This document shows positions 55,485 to 64,000 of a stretch of 64,000 bases of DNA, piece after piece. The notes under the pieces were generated by a model. The model worked only from the letters and a program-made list of their open reading frames with translations. It had not been told where the DNA came from and did no database searches. Positions within the stretch are counted from its first letter, which is position 1. Each line of letters opens with the position of its first letter. Source of the DNA: Chrysomallon squamiferum (taxonomy: Eukaryota > Animalia > Mollusca); contig CM022678.1 in assembly GCA_012295275.1 (NCBI GenBank), positions 3,162,001-3,226,000 of the forward strand, given 5' to 3'. Made by a program: the position numbers and the translations under genes.

Positions 55485-55528
<44 letters not shown>

Positions 55529-55540
55529 GTCTGTCTGTCT
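55111..55540. repeat. Compound (CT)n/(CTGT) low-complexity tract
   Basis: About 430 bp of interrupted CT repeats with internally duplicated sub-blocks. Confidence 0.9.
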
Positions 55541-55765
55541 TGCTGGGCTGTCTTTAGATAAACAGCGCGAACTGCCAAAGTTGATGTAATTATAATTACA
55601 CGTAAAACTGTTTGTTTAACGCTTTCTCAGGTGTGCGGCAAGACGTAATTATTTTTGCGGTTGTTGTAATGTGAAAGTAATGGCGGTGGTAACGATGGTG
55701 ATGATTATGATTAATGTACTTTTGTGGTTTATTAGAAATGTAATAGATAGATAGATAGATGGATG

Positions 55766-55849
<84 letters not shown>

Positions 55850-55932
55850 TACGGTCAGTAAGATAGACACAAAGACAAATAGATAGACATTCGGAAATTC
55901 TCTCACGCATATTTATTATTATATATATATAG

Positions 55933-55981
<49 letters not shown>

Positions 55982-56595
55982 CAGAGAGAGATACAAATAT
56001 TCAAATATACACAAAGAAAGAGAGAATGACATTCATAGACACACACAGACAGACAGACAGACAGATAGATGCAAAGATAGACAGATGCACGGAAAAAGCA
56101 ACTGTAAAGTGCGAAATAACGGTAATAGCCTGTTAAAAAAAATTAAATAAATAAATAAACAAACAAATAAATAAATAAACAAACAAACAAACAAACAAAA
56201 AAAAAATGAACAGATTTAGACAGACACCCAAACTGACACTGACAAATCTCTGACTTCACGGAAACCAATTTGTTTTTTCTACAGCGTCTGAGAAGGAAAA
56301 TTAATTTTCTTCGTTGTGTTGTAACACCTCGCGAGTCTCTCTCTCACAGCGTCAGTTCCTCTGTCTGTCTGTCTGTCTGTCTGCTTCTCAACGTAGTCTC
56401 TGTTACACACGTTTAATGAATTATTCGCTTGGTTGTTGTAATCCTCTGTGCGTGATTGCGTGTGTGTGTGTGAAGGTGTGTGTTTGTGTGTGTAACGTAC
56501 AGTTCAGGATTCCGGATAGGAATAAGAGCTTTTAGAGTTTGATGTAGTAATAAATGCTTTATTGTTGTTGGATATATATATATACACACATACAT

Positions 56596-56659
<64 letters not shown>

Positions 56660-57379
56660 TTAGTTATATTTTTATTCATAATTATTTCCAAATGAACTCT
56701 CTCTACAGTTTTTGTTTTTGATATACACACACATACACAACCACCCACTCACAGACACACCCACACCCACAGACACGCCCACTTTTTTTTTTATCAGGAG
56801 CTCGCTTATTAAATATCATAACATTTTTATTCATAATCATTTCCAAATGAACTCTCTCTCTCTCTCCAGAGCTTGGCTTCCTGTTTTTGTAATTACATTA
56901 CTTTAACATGCGCTTTTCATTATGCTTAATTAAACAGTTATCTGTTACGTAAGATAATCGCTCTTGCGCAAAAAATCTTTGACTGTGCCAATGACTGCAT
57001 GCTTGACAATTCGCTGACGAAGACACGCTAAAAATTATATTACACACACCCCACCCAAAAGAAACAAAAAAAATGATGTACCGTACACTGTTCGTTATAC
57101 GTCTACTTGGTGGTTATCAAGTTTTATTTGACATAATGCGGATATCAAACGATACTGTACGAATTCAGTTTTGTCAAACATCAGGTTTTGAACTAGTAAC
57201 AGGTATAAAAAGTGAATGATATCCTAGATTAATTTTGCGTAAAAAAAATCACTTTTGAAAATTTCGAAATGGAGTTCCAATTTAGTAAAACAAAAAAAAA
57301 AAATGTAAAAAATAACTGAACGTTTTTGACTCTGGAATCTAATTATTTAATTTATTTTTTAGTCTATTTGCGTGTTTTC

Positions 57380-57640
57380 ACTCAGCAGTTAGCTGATTGA
57401 TGGATCGATCCTGTTCAGCGCACCCCATCTATCATTTCCCGTTCCAGTTTTACGACCGGTTTATCAAAGTGACATGTATCTTTCGAACCGTTGGGAAGGC
57501 GCATTAAAAACATCACTTCTTGCTGCTAATCGAAAAAGATTAACCCATCGGGTTTTTTCTTTAGATATCTGTATGTTTCTTAATTATATATCAAAATCTT
57601 AACCATGGATTATAAATGTAGTGACCTCATCCTTAGTTTG
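57380..57640 (+). mobile_element. Decayed tRNA-derived SINE
   Basis: B-box-like GGATCGATCC (57402-57411), then ATTTCCCGTTCCAG...TATCAAAG...CTTGCTGCTAATCGAAAAAGATTAACCCAT.CGGGTTT, resembling the conserved core of mollusc SINEs (recalled, not searched). Confidence 0.5.
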
Positions 57641-58141
57641 CTAACAACAATATTATTTATTTATTTATTCGTTGATTTATATATATATATATATATATTG
57701 AGATCTCATTATTTTTAGATTAATAATATTATTAAATTTAGAGTATACAAATTTTCACATTTATCCATTTTTATGTGGTTTCAAATCATCATGTAGATGA
57801 TGACATACGGTAATATATGGCAAACTTCCGCCATTGCATTCCGTTGTTAATGTCCTACTTACTTCCCTCCTTTCATACCTGACGCACCGCAGTCCGGAAC
57901 GACAGCGGAGAAAATATTTCCTAGTACGTAGCCAGGAAACATCTGCAATTGTTTACCTAGAAACCCGAGTCGTTACAGTCGACGCAGTACATGCTCGGGA
58001 AAGTCGTTCATGCTGTAATCATCGTCGAGAAATTAGTTTGTTGTGACAATAGAATGGAAATTTACCTGGAGAATCTGAACCAACGAGGAGCAGTACACGA
58101 CGGTTTAACGACGTTTTAATAAAACTTACTACTCTGACTTC

Positions 58142-58255
<114 letters not shown>

Positions 58256-58854
58256 CTCTCTCTCTGTTTTGTTCCAGAAAATTTATATACATTTGTAATC
58301 ATGGTGATAATCCAAAAATAACGAGATCACATTATATATATATATCAAAATAAAAACATATATTTTTTTAAAAATAAAAATAATAATAAAATATAATAAA
58401 AATCAAATAAACAAATAATAATAATAATAAAAAAAATAAACAAATAAACAAATAATAATAATAATAATAATAGCAGCACTAATGAAAACAGCAAAAAATA
58501 ATGACCATAACAATTAATAAATGAATGAATGAATTAATTAGTTAGAATCAATAACTACATTAATAAATTAATAAAAAAAATTTTTTTTTTTTTTTTTTTT
58601 GGTTTCTGTTCGTCTCCCAATGTCTGTTTCGGGGAGGGCGTGTGGCAACAGGGCGGAAAATTGTACAAGAAGATTGGTAACATTAGCTTAATGAAGAACA
58701 TCAGTACTGCTCGCTCGTGCGTTTGAATAAAAACAGCTCCCCGCCAGATGGCGTGTTTACGTGGGCGGTGATTGGAAGAAATTAGATTTTAGTCGACCTT
58801 GGCAAGTTAGATAATAAATAAAATTGTTTCGTAAAAAGAAAAAAAAAAAAAAAG

Positions 58855-58892
<38 letters not shown>

Positions 58893-60135
58893 AAGAAGAA
58901 AAAAAAAAATTTGGCTTGACTACAACACAGGCGTTAAAACAAACGGTATTATGTAGCTACCGGAAATACGTGAAACAGAGATAGTATTCTCAGCCATTGA
59001 CGGCTGGAGTTACGTCTTGTTGATTTTGTTTATGAAGCACGTGATTTGATTACGTGCACGTTTGAGAATGAATTGTCCCCCCCACCCCTTTCCTGACGTT
59101 TTTAACTGTCTGATATTTGATGTAATACAGCCAGACTTTACAAAGAAATTCTTGGGAGTGGTTACCGATCTGTGTATCTGCGTGTGCATCTTTCAGCGTA
59201 AACCACATAATTGTGTATCTGATTATTTATTTCTTCTTCCACCCCACCCGTCTTGTCTGTCGGAATATCTGTCCTTCTGTCGTTTATTTGATATTCCAAA
59301 TAATCAAGTTAGGTAACTACAGTCTGTATATAAATTCTTATAAAATATACAGCCAAATTAAAATTATTAGATCAAAGAAAATGAATGAATGAATGAATGA
59401 ATGAATGAATGAATGAATACATACACACATAAATACATGCATAAAAAACATAAGTAACTAAAACAAAATAAAATAAATAACATTTTAAACATCTATTTAA
59501 AAAAGTACAAAAACTCATTTACAACGTAACGCAAACGTTAAAAAAAAGCAGAAGAAAAAGAAGATTTCATCAGGGGAATTAATCACAATGAAACTACTAA
59601 ATGTAGACTGTGACGTCATCAACATAGCTATTGGGGGGAGGGAAGATAAAAAAAAAAAAAGGATAATTTTTCTTCGTATACGTCTGTCTATTCTTTTTTT
59701 TTTTCCCTTGTACTTTTAAAGTTTGTTGATCTGTTTCAAAACAGTTGTGAAATATATTAAAGACATTTAAAACTGACGTCTGTAAAATTGTTGCTTAAAG
59801 TGAAGGTATCGGTGTTTATACGTCTCTTATAAAAAAAATACAGTTTATTAAAAAAAAAAAAAAAATAACAAGAATGAAAATACAAAAATTATAGATACAA
59901 TAGAACAACAACAACAAAAACGACAACAACAATAATAATTAAAATAAACATTATTATAAAATAAAAAAATAAATAAACAACAAAAAAACGACAACAACAA
60001 TAATAATAAAAATAAACATTATGTAAATAAAAATAAATAAATAAATAGATAACCTAACAACAATAATAATAAACATTATATAAATAAATTTAAATAAATA
60101 AATTAATAAATAAAATTGATAACAACAGCAGCAGC

Positions 60136-60226
<91 letters not shown>

Positions 60227-62154
60227 CCCCAAAACAAACGACAACAAAACAAACAGACAAACAAATAAAAACAAAAACAAACAACCATATATATATATAT
60301 ATAAATAAAATGTAGTGAGGTTGTTTTTCTGGGATTTTTTTTTTTTTTTATTTTTTGTTTTTGAAATTGTTTTACTGACACTTTAAACACACAAACACGT
60401 TCGACGTTTGCGCGGAGAGGTAATTCCGTCACGAGCCGATTCGTGGCCGAAGTGCCGTGCTGAAAGGTGAGTCGGCACGTGCCAGCAATTAGTCAAAGAT
60501 TCGCCTATCTGAATTCTGGGAAACCTGTCAGACACTTGGCAACAGTTTGTCTTAATCTCGCGAGAATATCCGAGATATCGGCGAATATTCCATACCCATT
60601 ATATTCCGACCTGACGAAAACACGTCACGTGTTGTTCTAAAAATAGAAAGGAATTTCTGCAATTTTTTTTTTTTTTTTTCAAGAAGAAGACGTAAATGAA
60701 CAAAATTTAGTTCTATCGACTTTTGTAAGAAAGACTAATGAACAGTGAAATTATTATTTATTATTTTTATTTATTTATTTATTTATCATTCTTCTTATTA
60801 TAATTATGTTAACTTTGTAATGATAGTAATATTAAAATAAAAAAAAAAAAAAACAAACATGAATAAAAAAAATAACAATAAAAACAATAATTTTTTTTTT
60901 TTTTTTTTATGTAAACAAAGAAATAAAACGGATAAAATAAAAAAAAATTAAAAAGTAAAAAATAAATTGATAACGAATGAATGAAAGCCAAAAATAAGTA
61001 AGAAAAAATAAAGACAGACAAAAAGAAGAAAAGAAAAAAAGATTAAAACGAGAAAACAGACAAAAAAAAAAAAAAAATGTTAAATAATTATCAAGAAAAT
61101 GAACAGAAAGGAGAAATCAAAGACACAAAGAAAAAGAAAAAAAGAAACAGGTGAACGAAAATTGTAAATAATTAAGAAAATAAAGATACTAAAAACAAAG
61201 GACAACAATAAATAAATAAATAAATAAATAAATAAATCAACTAATTAATAAATAAATAAATAAATTAAAAATTAATAAAAACATAAAGCAAACAACAAAC
61301 AAAAACAACGATAAAAAATAACATAAATAAATGAATGAACAAATAAATAAATAAAAATAACGCTCGAAACAACCAAGAATAAAACACAAAGAACAAACAA
61401 AAATGAAAAAAGTAAAGTAAAATAAAATAAAATGAAAATGTAAGGTAAAAAATAAAATATAAAAAAGGCACAAAAGACGAAAGAAATTAAGACAGAAATA
61501 AAGAATACAAGGATCTTGTAATAAAAATTCAGTGAAAACATAACTTTGATTAAATTAAATAAAACGATTAATTGAATACAACGTCCATTCCATTACTATA
61601 GGTTAAGACAAGAATAAAATTCAAATTCAAAAAAAAAAAAAAAAAAAAATAATAATAAAAAAATTCAAAAATAAATAAATTATTCCTGATTTTATACGTA
61701 TGTAACAAAATAAAAATACTGGATACAAATCACATCTGAGATAACAACTGACATTTAATAGTTTTGTATCAGTTCAAAAGTCACAAAGAGTAATTCTGAT
61801 GAGATGCAGGACAGGGTTGCTTTCACTTAATGATTTGCGAGTGGCGACAATGTTACAATTAAATTGTTAAAAAAACCAACAAAAAAAACAACTATTAAAT
61901 GTCTTAATGAATACATTTCTCATGTGCCTGAAGTGACGTATTTGTAATCTTTGAAAGAAACAAAACTTAATCTTCAAGGGATTCCAATTTTATAAATTTA
62001 AATTTAAATTGATAAATGATTTGTCTGGTTTTGATAAAAATTAATTTTCCACTTAAAAAAACAACAACAAATAAATAAATAAATAAAAAATAAAGTATAG
62101 AATATCTAGTTTAACTCTTTATTCTCTTTCTTTTCCATTCTCTCTCTCTCTCTC

Positions 62155-62211
<57 letters not shown>

Positions 62212-62242
62212 TCTGTCTCTCTCTCTTGGTATTCATATAACC

Positions 62243-62303
<61 letters not shown>

Positions 62304-62539
62304 AATATAAAAAATATAATAATAATAAAATAAACACATTTTATGATGGTCAGTATTTCGGTTTTTATTTCGGAAAACCTTATGTTCGTTTCTCATTTGT
62401 AATTATTATTATTATTTAATAATTACTAACCTTTTATAGTTTGATTTTGATGTGTTTTCAGTGTGATTTGAAACTAACCCAACTACCAAACGTATTATGT
62501 TATTTTTCTTGATTAGGTCAATTGAACTTTTTAAAAGTA

Positions 62540-62577
<38 letters not shown>

Positions 62578-62801
62578 CATGGATGTGTTTATGAAAACAT
62601 TTATGAAGCAGAAGAAGACGAAGACATAGAGTGAAGAAAAAAGGCAAGAATTTTCATTATCTTAATTACTTACTGATTACATATTTATTTTATTTTATTT
62701 TGACGTATTTGCTGGGTCTTAATGTGTGTAATGGTTTAGCTTAATTTATGCATATTCGAAAAAAAAAAAAAAAAAAAAAAAATGTAAATATTTCCACGCA
62801 G

Positions 62802-64000
62802 ACGCCAATCGGAGCGGCGGGAAAACAAAGTTCCACCGAGTATGACGTCACGCAGCTCATGCGCGACCTGTACGACAGCATAGAACGAGAAAACGACCTG
62901 AAAGAACAACTGCGTTTCACGGAGGAAGAAACGAAGATGATGCGCAAAAAACTGGGGGACTTAGAAGAAGAAAACGAAAATCTGAATATGCAAATTAGAA
63001 AAATGTCGTCGAAAAAGGCGAACAGGACCAACAAAGAGGACGGCGAAGCGGACCAGGACCAGGACTCGGACTCGGACAGTCTGATATCGGAAGCGGATGT
63101 GAGACTTCAGCTCGACCTCATCGAGCAAGAATACTCCGTCTTGCAAAAAAAGATGGAGGACGTTGACCAAGAGAACGAAAACCTCCAAGCAGAAGTGAAA
63201 TTCCTGCAAGAACGACTCGAAGAGAAAACGCAGGCGCTGAACGTAAAACCCGAGCCGTCGTCCCCGAACTCGTACTACGAGGACAAAATGAAGCAGATGA
63301 ACGCCGAAGCGGACGATCTGCGCTGGAAGATCATCGAAAAAGACCGCGAAATCGAGCGTCTGCTCGCGCAGGTCGACGTCATCCAGCGCACGCGGCAGAC
63401 GGTGAAGCTGAAGAAGAGCAAGTCGCTCGACAGCGACTACCAGATCATCGACTTGAAGCGACAGCTCGACCTGCTCGAGCAAGAAGCGGAGACGCTGAGA
63501 AACAAATGCGCCGGCCTCGAGTCGAGAAACGAAAAACTCGAAGCGGAGAACAACGAGCAAGCGCGCGCGCACGGCACGAGACAGATCCCGACGGTGCGCG
63601 CGGACGACGCGGCCGTGGAAAACATCGAGCTGAAAGACCGAGTGAGGCGCCTGGACGAAGAGAACCGCTCTCTGAACGACAAGATCCGAACTCTGACCGA
63701 GAGCCTGCACGCGCTGACGAAAAGCAGCAGCGCGCCCACTGCTCCAGCGCCTCGCTCTCCTCGTCTGCGCCGCGTTCCCGACATTCCTCCTCCCATTGGT
63801 CCCGAGCCGTCACGTGACCTCGCCAAACAGCTGGAACGTCTCGGCGAAGAGAATACGATTCTACGCGCAAAATGGCCGAGCTGCAAGCAAAGAACGCTCG
63901 CGCGGTTAAGAAAGAAGAAGAAGAAGAAGAAGAAGAAGACGCTGCCGCCGCGATGAATGAGAACGACGAAGAAAAACTGGGGAAGACGTCGTCGACGACG
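62802..64000 (+). CDS. SOGA/MTCL-family gene, large coiled-coil exon running off the window end; 1-nt frameshift at 63869-63872
   Basis: Acceptor TTTCCACGCAG|ACG, phase 0. SOGA-type domain RENDLKEQLRFTEEETKMMRKKLGDLEEENENL, repeated as LQLDLIEQEYSVLQKKMEDVDQENENL and LKRQLDLLEQEAETLRNKC. Confidence 0.85.

Noticed and set aside
62961-63886. Antisense ORFs (249, 149 and 141 aa) opposite the last MTCL exon
   Set aside because: Same shadow-ORF effect.

Overview
AT-rich, microsatellite-dense animal genomic DNA with GT-AG introns; the repeat style suggests a mollusc or other lophotrochozoan (inference). I built five spliced protein-coding genes by hand. (1) A secreted selenocysteine glutathione peroxidase (3142-5423,+) with an in-frame TGA and a SECIS element in the 3' UTR. 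(2) eIF2B delta, EIF2B4 (8535-14291,+, 10 coding exons). (3) Adenylate kinase 2, AK2 (18156-20800,-, 5 exons). (4) An uncharacterised single-CUB type I membrane protein (21868-25394,-) whose cytoplasmic tail carries two PSAPP motifs, a PPxY and a terminal Yxx-hydrophobic motif. (5) The 5' part of a large SOGA/MTCL-family coiled-coil gene (29800 to beyond 64000,+) with an N-terminal Cys/His knuckle, 17+7n-residue repeats and three homopolymer frameshifts. Also present are a 190-bp Tc1/mariner-type MITE, a pogo/Tigger-like remnant, decayed SINE copies and several minisatellites. Most ORFs in the supplied track are microsatellite artefacts. The most interesting items are the SECIS with an apparent inserted hairpin, the CUB protein with ESCRT late-domain-like motifs, the tandemly amplified splice donor in EIF2B4 and the MTCL N-terminal architecture. 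All family assignments come from motif recognition; no database search was run.
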